From positions 78,752 to 142,751 of the forward strand of contig CAWJMD010000008.1 in assembly GCA_963843835.1 (NCBI GenBank): a stretch of 64,000 nt of DNA, read 5' to 3'. Shown piece by piece: positions 1 to 9,369 of this stretch; position 1 is the stretch's first letter, and every line of letters starts with the position of its first letter. Made by a program: the position numbers and the translations under genes. This stretch comes from an uncultured Actinomycetota bacterium. GTDB taxonomy: Bacteria; Actinomycetota; Actinomycetes; Actinomycetales; CAWJMD01. The notes under the pieces are model-generated. The model ran no database searches, had not been told where the DNA came from, and was given only the letters and a program-made list of their open reading frames with translations.

Positions 1-149
1 GGGGCATGCCGGTCGACATCGAGTGGGCGTCGCGCGCACTGCGCGTCGTGCGTCCTCACGCCGACGAGTGGCTGACCGGTCCCGCTCGAGTGGGGGGCGG
101 GCGACGTCGGGTGGGGGGTGGGCGGCGACGCGGACTAGACTCGGCTCCG

Positions 150-842
150 ATGAGCGACGCGACCAGTTCCACCAACTCCCACCCCGCCATCCCATCCGAG
201 ACCCCGGTCGACGAGGTGGAGATCGGCGAGGACAGCAACCGCGCGCCCGAGGACGAGTCGACGGCGGCCCGGGTCTCCCGCTTCGAGGCGGAGGCGCTCC
301 AGTACCTGGACCAGCTGTACTCGGCGTCGATGCGGATGACGCGCAACCCCGCCGACGCCGAGGACCTCGTCCAGGAGGCCTTCACGAAGGCGTTCGCCTC
401 GTTCCACCAGTACCGGCCGGGCACGAACCTCAAGGCCTGGCTGTACCGGATCCTGACGAACACCTACATCAACTCGTACCGCAAGAAGCAGCGCCAGCCG
501 CTGCAGTCCGGGGCCGAGGACATCGAGGACTGGCAGCTCGCGCGTGCCGAGTCGCACACCTCGACCGGCCTGCGGTCGGCGGAGGCCGAGGCGCTGGACC
601 ACCTGCCCGACTCCGACGTCAAGGACGCCCTCCAGCAGCTGCCTGAGGAGTTCCGGATGGCTGTCTACTACGCCGACGTCGAGGGCTTCGCCTACAAGGA
701 GATCGCGGAGATCATGGGCACCCCGATCGGCACCGTGATGTCGCGCCTGCACCGGGGGCGACGTCAGCTCCGTGCGCTGCTGGAGGACTACGCCCGCGAC
801 CGGGGACTCGTCGCGACGACCGGTGGGGAGGCCGTCGAATGA
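150..842 (+). CDS. sigH: ECF RNA polymerase sigma factor SigH/SigR (thiol-stress sigma)
   Basis: Region 2 motif [24 protein letters not shown] and region 4 [23 protein letters not shown]. Overlaps the downstream ZAS anti-sigma gene. ATG at 150 lies 8 nt after a TAGACT -10 box; the frame is also open back to an ATG at 6. Confidence 0.95.
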   Translation: MSDATSSTNSHPAIPSETPVDEVEIGEDSNRAPEDESTAARVSRFEAEALQYLDQLYSASMRMTRNPADAEDLVQEAFTKAFASFHQYRPGTNLKAWLYRILTNTYINSYRKKQRQPLQSGAEDIEDWQLARAESHTSTGLRSAEAEALDHLPDSDVKDALQQLPEEFRMAVYYADVEGFAYKEIAEIMGTPIGTVMSRLHRGRRQLRALLEDYARDRGLVATTGGEAVE

Positions 843-1105
843 GCTGTGGCAACCCGCACGACGAGGACTGTCGGGACATCCTGGACAAGGTCTACACGTA
901 CCTCGACCGCGAGGTCACCCACGACGACGTCGCCAAGATCAGGCACCACCTCGAGGAGTGCGCGCCCTGCCTCAAGCAGTACGACCTGGAGAGCGCGCTC
1001 AAGGCGCTGGTCAAGAGGTCGTGCGGCTCCGAGCCGGCCCCCGCGCAGCTGAGACTGCGGATCATGAGCCAGATCTCGACGATCCGCGTGCAGATGGACC
1101 TGTGA
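839..1105 (+). CDS. rsrA: Zinc-binding anti-sigma factor RsrA/RshA
   Basis: HxxxCxxC ZAS motif (HLEECAPC); ATGA overlap with the sigH stop. Confidence 0.95.
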   Translation: MSCGNPHDEDCRDILDKVYTYLDREVTHDDVAKIRHHLEECAPCLKQYDLESALKALVKRSCGSEPAPAQLRLRIMSQISTIRVQMDL

Positions 1106-1127
1106 GCTTCAGGACCCCAGGACACGA

Positions 1128-1157
1128 AACGGCCCCGACCATCAGGTCGGGGCCGTT
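1128..1157. terminator. Intrinsic terminator-like hairpin between convergent rsrA and bL37 genes
   Basis: Perfect 13-bp stem AACGGCCCCGACC / GGTCGGGGCCGTT with ATCA loop. Confidence 0.8.
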
Positions 1158-1203
1158 CTGCTGCCGTTGGCGGTCTCCCGCCCGCGGCGGGCTCGGGTGA
1201 GCC

Positions 1204-1278
1204 TCAGGCGTTGGGACGCTTGCCGTGGTTGGCGCCGTTGCCCTTGCGGGACCGACGCTTGCGCGCGCGCTTGCTCAT
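1204..1278 (-). CDS. Actinobacterial 50S ribosomal protein bL37 (24 aa; not in ORF track)
   Basis: Manual translation MSKRARKRRSRKGNGANHGKRPNA; strong RBS (AAGGAG) upstream; known position between rsrA and the biotinyl carrier gene. Confidence 0.9.
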   Translation of the reverse strand: MSKRARKRRSRKGNGANHGKRPNA

Positions 1279-1519
1279 GTGGTCACTCCTTGCTCAGGGG
1301 TCTGCAGCCATCGTCCCACACCGCCGACACCGGACCGAACGGGCCCGGTGGTGCCGTGGGGACCGCTTCGCGGGACCAGACCGCGGCCACGGCCGCGGCA
1401 ACCAGCGGTAACCGTCGTCCGCGTGATGGAATCTGGCGTGGCCACCCCGACGGGATCGGCTGGTGACGTCCCGACGTCAGACGACATCGCCCCTCACGGG
1501 GACGACACGAGAAGGAGTC

Positions 1520-1738
1520 ATGGTGGCCGAGCAGGTGATGGCCGAGATGGTGGCCAACGTTCTGAGCGTCCTCGTCGAGGAGGGCGAGCAGGTGGAGCCC
1601 GGCCAGACGATGTTGCTTCTGGAGTCGATGAAGATGGAGATCCCGGTGGCCCCCGAGGCAGGGGGACGGGTGACCAGGATCGGCGTGACGGTGGGCGACG
1701 TCGTCCAGGAGGGTGACCTGCTGGTCGTCCTGGAGTGA
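1520..1738 (+). CDS. Stand-alone biotin/lipoyl carrier protein
   Basis: LLESMKMEIPV biotinylation motif; AGAAGGAG RBS before the ATG at 1520. Confidence 0.9.
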   Translation: MVAEQVMAEMVANVLSVLVEEGEQVEPGQTMLLLESMKMEIPVAPEAGGRVTRIGVTVGDVVQEGDLLVVLE

Positions 1739-1760
1739 CGCCGCCCGTCGCCGGTGGGTG

Positions 1761-1937
1761 TCAGCTGATGCGCGTCCGGTCGCGGTACGGCTCGTCCGGC
1801 AGGTCGGTCGACCAGTGCCGGGCGGTGCGGGACGCGCGCGCCGGGTAGGAGCCGCCGGAGGACACCGTGCGCCACATGGCGACGGCCCAACCGAGGCCGA
1901 GGAGGAGGATCAGGGTCAGGAGCAGGATCTCGTTCAT
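1761..1937 (-). CDS. Small single-TM membrane protein (58 aa; not in ORF track)
   Basis: Manual translation MNEILLLTLILLLGLGWAVAMWRTVSSGGSYPARASRTARHWSTDLPDEPYRDRTRIS; GC-rich third codon positions; divergent from the GlxA-type regulator. Confidence 0.7.
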   Translation of the reverse strand: MNEILLLTLILLLGLGWAVAMWRTVSSGGSYPARASRTARHWSTDLPDEPYRDRTRIS

Positions 1938-1960
1938 GGCTCAAATCATGCGCTCACAAC

Positions 1961-2010
1961 GATTCTGCCACCAGTGGCAGATCTGACAGTCTCCATCGAT
2001 TTTCTGCCAA
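1961..2010. promoter_or_regulatory. Putative GlxA/AraC regulator binding sites
   Basis: CTGCCA-N4-TGGCAG palindrome at 1965-1980 and a further CTGCCA at 2004-2009 in an AT-richer divergent intergenic region. Confidence 0.5.
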
Positions 2011-2030
2011 TTCTGTGGGATGCTTTGAGC

Positions 2031-3005
2031 ATGCTCCGCTCCGTTGCCGTGATCGCCCTGCCCCACGTGGCCATGTTCGAGCTCGGCGTGCTCTGCGAGG
2101 TCTTCGGGATCGACCGCAGCGACACCGGCGTCCCGCTCATCGACTTCTCCGTCGTGACCGCCGACCCGGGCAGGCTGCCGACCAGCGTCGGTTTCGACCT
2201 GGTCGTCGAGCACGGGCTCGACGTGGCCGACAGGGCCGACCTGGTGGCCGTGCCCGCGTTCTCGGAGGGCGACCGGGTCGACCCGCGGGTGCTCGACGTG
2301 CTCCGTCGGGCCGTCGACCGGGGCGCCTGGGTGCTCAGCGTGTGCTCCGGGGCCTTCGCCCTCGGTGCGGCGGGGATCCTGGACGGGCGCGCCTGCACGA
2401 CCCACTGGCGGCACTCCGACCGGCTCGCGGCGGAGTTCCCCGCGGCCAAGGTCGACGCCGACGTCCTCTACGTGCAGGACGGCACCGTGGTCACGAGCGC
2501 CGGCACGGCCGCCGGCATCGACGCCTGCCTGCACATCGTCCGCGCCGAGCAGGGGGCGTCGGTGGCCTCACAGATCGCGCGGCGGATGGTGGTGCCACCG
2601 CACCGCGAGGGCGGGCAGGCGCAGTTCATCGACACCCCGGTCCCGGAGTGCGCGGACGACGGGTTCGCGCCACTGGTCGAGTGGGCGCTGGAGCACCTCG
2701 ACGAGGAGCTGAGCGTCGACCAGCTGGCTGGACGGGCGCAGATGAGCAGCAGGACGTTCGCGCGACGCTTCCGGGCCGCCACGGGCGCCAGCCCCGCGGC
2801 CTGGGTCAACGCGCAGCGACTCGACCGGGCGCGGGAGCTGCTCGAGCGCACGGACCTCGGGGTGGAGGAGGTGGCGCGACGCGCCGGCTTCGGCTCGGCG
2901 GCAGTCCTGCGGGCCCACTTCGGCCGCCTCGGAACCACCCCTTTGGCCTATCGGCGAACCTTCGCCGGTTCCTCAAGTCGAGGGGCGCAGCAGCCGACAG
3001 GTTGA
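2031..3005 (+). CDS. GlxA-family transcriptional regulator (DJ-1/PfpI domain plus AraC HTH)
   Basis: SVCSGAFALGAAGILDGRACTTHW and TSAGTAAGIDACLH motifs; C-terminal AraC double HTH. Confidence 0.92.
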   Translation: MLRSVAVIALPHVAMFELGVLCEVFGIDRSDTGVPLIDFSVVTADPGRLPTSVGFDLVVEHGLDVADRADLVAVPAFSEGDRVDPRVLDVLRRAVDRGAWVLSVCSGAFALGAAGILDGRACTTHWRHSDRLAAEFPAAKVDADVLYVQDGTVVTSAGTAAGIDACLHIVRAEQGASVASQIARRMVVPPHREGGQAQFIDTPVPECADDGFAPLVEWALEHLDEELSVDQLAGRAQMSSRTFARRFRAATGASPAAWVNAQRLDRARELLERTDLGVEEVARRAGFGSAAVLRAHFGRLGTTPLAYRRTFAGSSSRGAQQPTG

Positions 3006-3007
3006 AG

Positions 3008-4126
3008 GTGACCTCCACCAGCACGGCGGCCGCGCCGGCAAGCAACGAGACCCTGTCCGTCCTGCCGTTCCTGCGCGCCCTGGCTGAGCTGGTCGGTTCG
3101 GACCTGCACTGCAAGGTCGGATCGGCACCCCGCATCCGCATCGACGGCCGCCTGCGCAAGCTGCGCTCGCGCGACCTCACCCCGGCCGACACCGAGGCGA
3201 TGCTCGCCGAGGTCATCCGCGCCGACCTCGTCGAGGAGTTCGCCCGCACCAACGAGGCCGACTTCGGGTTCTCGATGGCAGGCGTGGGGCGGTTCCGGGT
3301 GAACGCCTTCCGTTCGCGCGGCTCCGTGGGGCTCGTCTTCCGTCGCGTCGCCGTGGGGGCCGTGGCCCTCGACGACCTGGGCATGCCCCCCGCCATCTCC
3401 GCGCTGGCGCTCGAGCCCCGTGGCCTGGTTCTGGTCACGGGCCCCACCGGGTCGGGCAAGACCACGACGCTGGCCGGCATGGTTGACCACATCAACTCGC
3501 ACCGCGAGGTGCACGTCGTGACGATCGAGGACCCCATCGAGGTCCTCCACCAGGACAAGCTGGCGATGATCAACCAGCGTGAGGTCCGGATCGACACCGA
3601 GAACTTCGCCGTCGCGCTCCGCGCCGCCATGCGTCAGGACCCGGACGTCGTGCTGGTCGGTGAGATGCGTGACGCGGAGACCGTCGGCGCCGCGCTCGCC
3701 GCGGCCGAGACCGGCCACTTCGTGATGTCGACCCTGCACACCACCGACGCGGCCGAGACGATCACCCGCGTGATCGACTTCTTCCCCCCGCACGAGCAGA
3801 AGCAGGTGCGGCTGTCGCTCGCGGCCTCGTTGCGCGGCATCATCTGCCAGCGACTGGTGCCGCGGGCGGACGGACAGGGACGCACGGTCGTGATGGAGGT
3901 CTGCATCAACACCGGTCGTGTGGCCGACGCCATCGCCGATGCCGACAAGACCTCGACGATCACCGAGCTGATCACCGAGGGCTCCTTCTACGGGATGCAG
4001 ACGTTCGACCAGCACCTGGTCACCCTGTTCCGGGACGGTGTCGTCTCGTTCGAGGACGCCCTGGCTGCGTCGACCAGCCCCCACGACCTCACGGTCGAGC
4101 TGCGTCGACTGGGGCTGGTGTCCTGA
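3008..4126 (+). CDS. pilT: Type IV pilus retraction ATPase, PilT/PilU family
   Basis: Walker A GPTGSGKTTT, Asp box TIEDPIE, LRQDPDVVLVGEMRD, His box STLHT, C-terminal GMQTFDQ. Confidence 0.88.
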   Translation: MTSTSTAAAPASNETLSVLPFLRALAELVGSDLHCKVGSAPRIRIDGRLRKLRSRDLTPADTEAMLAEVIRADLVEEFARTNEADFGFSMAGVGRFRVNAFRSRGSVGLVFRRVAVGAVALDDLGMPPAISALALEPRGLVLVTGPTGSGKTTTLAGMVDHINSHREVHVVTIEDPIEVLHQDKLAMINQREVRIDTENFAVALRAAMRQDPDVVLVGEMRDAETVGAALAAAETGHFVMSTLHTTDAAETITRVIDFFPPHEQKQVRLSLAASLRGIICQRLVPRADGQGRTVVMEVCINTGRVADAIADADKTSTITELITEGSFYGMQTFDQHLVTLFRDGVVSFEDALAASTSPHDLTVELRRLGLVS

Positions 4127-4274
4127 TGACCGGGTCGCCGCCCACCACCAGCCCCATCTCCGTCCCCGCCGACGTTCCCCGGCGCGGTGCGGCACACGCC
4201 TGCCCGTCGGGCCACGTGGTCGACCTGCGTGCCCTGGAGAGCGCCGTCGGGCGGATCGGTTCTAGCCTTCGTCC

Positions 4275-4703
4275 GTGAGCTCCGCCTCCGGCGACACCCC
4301 CATCGACACCCCCGGCGCGACCCTGACGTTCACGGTCGGCGACGGTGACACGGCGGACGCGCTGGGCAGCGGCGACCTGGCCGTCCTGGCCACCCCGAGG
4401 CTGCTCGCGTGGTGCGAGGCGGCCACCTGTGCCGTCGACCTCCGCACCGCGGCAGCGCCCGGCCGCACGAGCGTGGGCACCCGCGTGCAGCTGGAGCACC
4501 TGATGGCCAGCGGCGTCGGTACCGAGGTGCAGGTCACCGCCACCCTCGAGCGCTCGGACGGGAGGCTGCTGCACTTCGCGGTGGTCGCCCACGACGACGC
4601 CGACCGTCTCCTCGCCACCGGCGAGGTCACACGCGTCCTGGTCGACGCGGAACGGTTCCTCGCGCGCGTGCCGGCGGCTGGTCAGGCCAAGGGCAGCGCG
4701 TAG
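4275..4703 (+). CDS. Hotdog-fold thioesterase (FlK-like)
   Basis: GSGDLAVLATPRLLAWCEAA and TSVGTRVQLEHL motifs. Confidence 0.85.
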   Translation: MSSASGDTPIDTPGATLTFTVGDGDTADALGSGDLAVLATPRLLAWCEAATCAVDLRTAAAPGRTSVGTRVQLEHLMASGVGTEVQVTATLERSDGRLLHFAVVAHDDADRLLATGEVTRVLVDAERFLARVPAAGQAKGSA

Positions 4704-5194
4704 GCGATCAGCCGCACCTCGGGTTCCGGCTGCCAGTCCAGCCCGGCCTCGCGCACGAACCCCTCCCGCTCGTACATGCGGTGGGCTGCGGCCATGTTCG
4801 CGGCGCTGCAGAGCACCAGCCTGGCCGCTCCTGCCGCGCGGGCGAGGTCGACGCATGCGTGGACGAGCGCCCGACCGACGCCCCGCCCCTGCGCGGAGGG
4901 GTCGACCCCCAGCATCCGGAACTCGGCCTCGCCCGTTCGGCTCAGCTCTGCGAGGCGCGACCCGGGCAGGACGAAGGTGGCGCTGCCGACGACCGTGCCG
5001 TCCGGGTCCACCGCCACCAGCACCGTCCCCTGGCTGGCTCGCGCCGGGGCGTCGGCGACCTCGACCAGGTAGTCGGCGGGCATGTCGCCGACCGCCTCGT
5101 ACGCCGCTGCGACGACCCTGCCCGCGGGAACGAGCTCGTCGGCCCGCGCCTTCCTGACCGCGAAGGCCCGCCGAGCGCCGTCGTCGCCGACCAC
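4682..5194 (-). CDS. GNAT N-acetyltransferase
   Basis: EFRMLGVDPSAQGRGVGRAL acetyl-CoA motif; AHRMYEREGF. Confidence 0.88.
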   Translation of the reverse strand: MVGDDGARRAFAVRKARADELVPAGRVVAAAYEAVGDMPADYLVEVADAPARASQGTVLVAVDPDGTVVGSATFVLPGSRLAELSRTGEAEFRMLGVDPSAQGRGVGRALVHACVDLARAAGAARLVLCSAANMAAAHRMYEREGFVREAGLDWQPEPEVRLIAYALPLA

Positions 5195-5197
5195 GGC

Positions 5198-6874
5198 TCA
5201 GATCCCTGTCGTGACACGGGGATAGGCGACCGCCGGGTCGGTGACCACGTTGACCAGGTAGGGCAGGCCCGACGCGAAGGCGCGGTCCAGCGCGGGCCCC
5301 ACGTCCTCCGGACGCGTCACGAGCTCGCCACCGCCGCCGAGTGCCGTCACCACCTGGTCGTAGCGGGTGCCTGGTGCCAGGTCGGCGACCACGTCGTAGC
5401 CGTAGAGCATGGTCATGGGGTGCTTCTCCAGGCCCCACGCGCCGTTGTTGCCCACCACCATCACGACCGGCAGGCGGTGCCGCACCAGCGTGTCGACGTC
5501 CATCAGCGAGAAGCCTGCGGCCCCGTCGCCGAGCAGCAGCACGACCTGGGACGACGGGTGGGCGAGCCGGGCGGCGACGGCGTAGCCGGCCCCGGTGCCC
5601 AGGCAGCCGAACGGCCCCGGGTCGAGCCAGCGGCCAGGCAGCCGCGGCTCGACGAAACGGCCGGCGAACGAGACGAAGTCGCCGCCGTCCCCGATGACGA
5701 CGGCGTCCTCGGCCAGCCGTCCGACGAGCTCCCCGTAGATCCGCGCGGGGTGGATCGGGTCGGAGTCGGCCTGCAGCATCCCGGCGTCGCGTACGACGGC
5801 GGCGGCGGCCGCGTCGCGCAGGGACGCCGCCCAGGCGACGACCTCGTCCCTGTGCTGCTGGGCCACGGGCACGCGCTCGGCCAGCAGGCTCAGCGTCGCG
5901 CGCAGGTCACCCGCGAGACCGGCTGCGAGACGCACGTGCCCGGCGAGCTGGTCCTGGGCGTCGACGACGTGGACGACCGCGGCCGGTGTCGCGCCGTCGG
6001 CTCCCCCGAACTGCCCGTAGCCGAGGCGGAAGTCGAGTGGGGTGCCGACCACCACGACGACGTCCGCGCCGCCGAAGGCCGCAGCCCTCGCGCGGGTGAC
6101 GAGCTGGGGGTGCCCCGCAGGCAGGACGCCGCGCCCCATCCCGTTCGTGATCACGGGCGCACCCGTTGCCTCCGCCAGGGCCGTGGCGACGTCCTCGGCC
6201 CCTGACGTCCACACGTCCGAGCCGAGGACGAGGACAGGATGCCGCGCCTCGGCCAGGGCGCTGACAGCCGCCTCGACCGCCTCGGAGTCCACGTCGGCGG
6301 TCGGGGGGCCGGCCGGCACCGTGGGGACAGCGGGCACCTCGGGCAGCGGACAGCGTGAGAACAGCACGTCCATCGGCACGTCGACGAAGGCCGGACCCGG
6401 ATGCGCGGAGGTCGCGGCCGTGAAGGCGGCGTGCATGCCGTCGGTGATGGCGTCGACGCGGTCGATGGTGGTCGCGTGCTTGGTCACCGGTGCGAGCAGC
6501 GGCACGTGGTCCATCTCCTGCAGGCTGCCGGTGCCCCACCGGAACGCCGGTGCGCGTCCCCCGAGCAGCACAACCGGCGACCCGTTGAAGTGCGCCGTCG
6601 TCATCGCCGACAGCGTGTTCGTGACGCCGGGCCCCGCGGTCGCCACGGCGAAGCCCGGCCGGCGGGTCAGCTTGGCCGTGCCCTCCGCGGCGAAGACGGC
6701 CGTCTGCTCGTGACGCACGTCCAGAAGCCGCAGGGCGGGCTCGTGCTTCACCGAGGCGTCGTAGACCGGGAAGACGTGCGCACCCGAGAGCGTGAACACC
6801 GTGTCGACCCCGTGCGCGGCGGCCACCCTGGTGACCTGCTGCCCGCCGTGCCCCTCGACCTGCTCGTCCGTCAT
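5198..6874 (-). CDS. ThDP-dependent enzyme, acetolactate synthase-like (IlvG / 2-hydroxyacyl-CoA lyase subfamily)
   Basis: VRHEQTAVFAAEG catalytic Glu; GDGAAGFS...GNN ThDP motif; DPGPFGCLG. Confidence 0.88.
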   Translation of the reverse strand: MTDEQVEGHGGQQVTRVAAAHGVDTVFTLSGAHVFPVYDASVKHEPALRLLDVRHEQTAVFAAEGTAKLTRRPGFAVATAGPGVTNTLSAMTTAHFNGSPVVLLGGRAPAFRWGTGSLQEMDHVPLLAPVTKHATTIDRVDAITDGMHAAFTAATSAHPGPAFVDVPMDVLFSRCPLPEVPAVPTVPAGPPTADVDSEAVEAAVSALAEARHPVLVLGSDVWTSGAEDVATALAEATGAPVITNGMGRGVLPAGHPQLVTRARAAAFGGADVVVVVGTPLDFRLGYGQFGGADGATPAAVVHVVDAQDQLAGHVRLAAGLAGDLRATLSLLAERVPVAQQHRDEVVAWAASLRDAAAAAVVRDAGMLQADSDPIHPARIYGELVGRLAEDAVVIGDGGDFVSFAGRFVEPRLPGRWLDPGPFGCLGTGAGYAVAARLAHPSSQVVLLLGDGAAGFSLMDVDTLVRHRLPVVMVVGNNGAWGLEKHPMTMLYGYDVVADLAPGTRYDQVVTALGGGGELVTRPEDVGPALDRAFASGLPYLVNVVTDPAVAYPRVTTGI

Positions 6875-6914
6875 GGATCGGCACCGTAGCGGGTCGAGGG
6901 GACGGCGGAACGGG

Positions 6915-8564
6915 TCAGTGCACGACCTCCGGGAGGTCGTGGACGCGCGGGTCGCCCTCGTCGGCCAGGTAGTGGTCGGCCTTCGTGCGGTCGGTGCCCT
7001 CGGCCACCTTCGCCGCACGCAGCGCCAGGGTGACCACGGCGGCCACGACCAGGTTGACGGCGACGGCGATGAAACCGACGTACACGATCGTCGTGCTCTC
7101 GATCCCGAGGTTGGCCAGCGGGAACGCCGAGCCGCCGAAGTGCTCGCGGACGACCGTCTTCGTGCCGTCCTCGGCGAAAGCCACCTGCTTGATCGTCCAG
7201 AGCATCCAGAAGCCGGACACCATCCCCGCCAGCCACCCGGCCACCAGACCGCCCCGGTGGAACCAGCTGGTGAACAGGCCGATCGCCACCGCGGGGAGCG
7301 TCTGCAGGATGATGACGCCGCCGATCAGCTGCAGGTCGATCGAGAACTGGGGGTCGAGCAGCACGATCGCCAGGAGGGCGCCGAACTTCACGACGAGCGA
7401 GGCGAGCTTCGACTGCTTGGCCTCCTGGGCCGGGGTCGCGTCCCTGTGCAGGTACTCCTTGTAGACGTTGCGCGTCCACAGGTTCGCTGCCGCGATCGAC
7501 ATGATCGCCGCCGGGACCAGGGCGCCGATCGCGACGGCGGCGTAGGCCACGCCCGCGAACCAGTCCGGGAACATCTGGTCGAACAGCAGCGGTACCACCG
7601 TGTTGCCGTCCGCCTTGCCCGTCTCCGCGTTGACGATGGGCGTGACCCCCGCGGCGATCGCCATGTACCCGAGCAGGGCCAGCAGGCCGAGCACGAACGA
7701 GTACGCGGGCAGGGCCGCCATGTTGCGCTTGATCGTCGTGCGGTTGCGGGCCGCGAGCACGCTGGTCAGCGAGTGCGGGTACAGGAACAGGGCCATCGCC
7801 GAGCCCAGGGCGAGCGTCGCGTACTGCACCTGCGCCGGTCCGCCGAGGACCACCCCGTCGCCGGGGTTGGGTGTCCCGGCGAACTTCGTCTCCGCCGCCG
7901 AGAAGATGCCGTCCCAGCCACCGAGCTTGGTCGGGATGTAGATGACCGCCACGATGATCACCAGGTAGATCAGCGTGTCCTTGACGAACGCGATAAGGGC
8001 CGGGGCGCGCAGCCCGGAGTTGTACGTGTAGGCCGCGAGGATCGCGAACGCGATGAGGATCGGGAGGTGGCTGACGATCCCGGTGCCGCGCACCCCCATC
8101 GTCTTGAGGACGGCCTCGATGCCCACGAGCTGGAGGGCGATGTAGGGCATCGTCGCGACGATGCCGGTGATCGCGACGAGCAGGGCCATCGTGGGCGAGT
8201 CGAACCGGGCACGGACGAAGTCGGCGGGCGTCACGAAGCCGTGGACGTGGCTGACCGACCAGAGCCGGATGAGGAACAGGAGCACGAGCGGGTACACGAT
8301 GATCGTGTAGGGGACCGCGAAGAAGCCGGCGGCGCCGGCACCGAAGACCAGCGCGGGGACGGCCACGAACGTGTAGGCGGTGTACAGGTCGCCGCCCAGC
8401 AGGAACCACGTGATCCACCCGCCGAAGCTGCGCCCGCCGAGCCCCCACTCGTCCAGGTGCTCCATGCTCTCGGCCTTGCGCCAGTTCGCGGCCATGAAGC
8501 CGAGCACGGTGACGAAGGCGAACAGGATGACGAACACGGTCATCTCGACGACGTTGATGTTCAT
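6915..8564 (-). CDS. Sodium:solute symporter, MctP-like monocarboxylate uptake permease
   Basis: WGLGGRSFG, FLLGGDLYTAYTFVAVP, MPYIALQLVG; many TM helices. Confidence 0.9.
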   Translation of the reverse strand: MNINVVEMTVFVILFAFVTVLGFMAANWRKAESMEHLDEWGLGGRSFGGWITWFLLGGDLYTAYTFVAVPALVFGAGAAGFFAVPYTIIVYPLVLLFLIRLWSVSHVHGFVTPADFVRARFDSPTMALLVAITGIVATMPYIALQLVGIEAVLKTMGVRGTGIVSHLPILIAFAILAAYTYNSGLRAPALIAFVKDTLIYLVIIVAVIYIPTKLGGWDGIFSAAETKFAGTPNPGDGVVLGGPAQVQYATLALGSAMALFLYPHSLTSVLAARNRTTIKRNMAALPAYSFVLGLLALLGYMAIAAGVTPIVNAETGKADGNTVVPLLFDQMFPDWFAGVAYAAVAIGALVPAAIMSIAAANLWTRNVYKEYLHRDATPAQEAKQSKLASLVVKFGALLAIVLLDPQFSIDLQLIGGVIILQTLPAVAIGLFTSWFHRGGLVAGWLAGMVSGFWMLWTIKQVAFAEDGTKTVVREHFGGSAFPLANLGIESTTIVYVGFIAVAVNLVVAAVVTLALRAAKVAEGTDRTKADHYLADEGDPRVHDLPEVVH

Positions 8565-8830
8565 CGCTGCGCCCCCCGACCGATCCGCGGGGTGGAGCCC
8601 GCACGGTAGACGAGCACCGTGCACACCACGCCGATCGGGATGATGGCGAGCTGGAACCAGTAGAAGAACGGGATGTCGAACAGGCGGGGCTCGGTTCGGT
8701 TGTAGAAGGGCACCGCCAGGCAGATCAGGATCGGGACCAGCAGCAGCCAGTTGAGCGCTCGGTGGTCCGACTGGCGCACCGTCGGCTGGGGCGCCGCGTT
8801 GCTCTCGTCGTCGCGCGGGTGGGTGGACAT
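8561..8830 (-). CDS. DUF3311 small membrane partner of the symporter
   Basis: VPFYNRTEPRLFDIPFFYWFQL motif; 4-nt overlap with the symporter start. Confidence 0.85.
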   Translation of the reverse strand: MSTHPRDDESNAAPQPTVRQSDHRALNWLLLVPILICLAVPFYNRTEPRLFDIPFFYWFQLAIIPIGVVCTVLVYRAGSTPRIGRGAQR

Positions 8831-8935
8831 GGGGGCCTCCTGTGCGTCGCTCGGCATCGAACGCGGCCTCGACGGGCCGGGCGGGACATTACCCCCACCG
8901 CGGCCGGTCCAGCGCATTGCGGACGCGACGTCAGG

Positions 8936-9369
8936 TCAGCGTCCCGCGGCCAGCAGCAGCAGCCGCCGCAGCGCCTCGGTATTGCGCGCCGAGATCAGCG
9001 GCTCCCGCAACGGACGCGGCACGAGCGTGCCCGGGCCGGACGTGGCGTCCTCCCACATCTCGACCTGCACCCCGCCCGTGGGGGTGGCCGTCAGGGTGAG
9101 GGACACGGTGGCCTCGCCGGCCGGCCAGCCACGGGCCCGCAGCACCAGCCGGCGCCCCGGCTCGCACTCCAGGACCTCGGTGTGGTCGTCGAGGAGCAGC
9201 GGCCAGGAACCCACGGAGTGGTGGATGCGGCTGCCGACGGCGGGCCAGTGCGGGTCCACGTCGCGGATCCGCGCGGCGCCCACCACCCAGCTGCCGTAGT
9301 GCCAGCCCTCCGCCAGCACCGACCACACCTGGTCGGTGCTGACGTCGCGGTCCGCGAGACGGTGCTCAT
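8936..9369 (-). CDS. SRPBCC/polyketide cyclase family protein (apparent 1-nt frameshift near 9345)
   Basis: VWSVLAEGWHYGSWVVGAARIRDVD body. The natural start MSTVSRT at 9369 is in another frame and joins if one base is restored. Confidence 0.75.

Noticed and set aside
88-131. Imperfect direct repeat GTGGGGGG(C/T)GGGCG upstream of sigH
   Set aside because: Only two degenerate G-rich copies at the window edge; could be chance or homopolymer noise.
1279-1519. ncRNA in the bL37/biotin-carrier intergenic region
   Set aside because: Only short GC stems (e.g. CCGCGGCC-A-CGGCCGCGG) and no recognisable family; it must also hold two divergent promoters.
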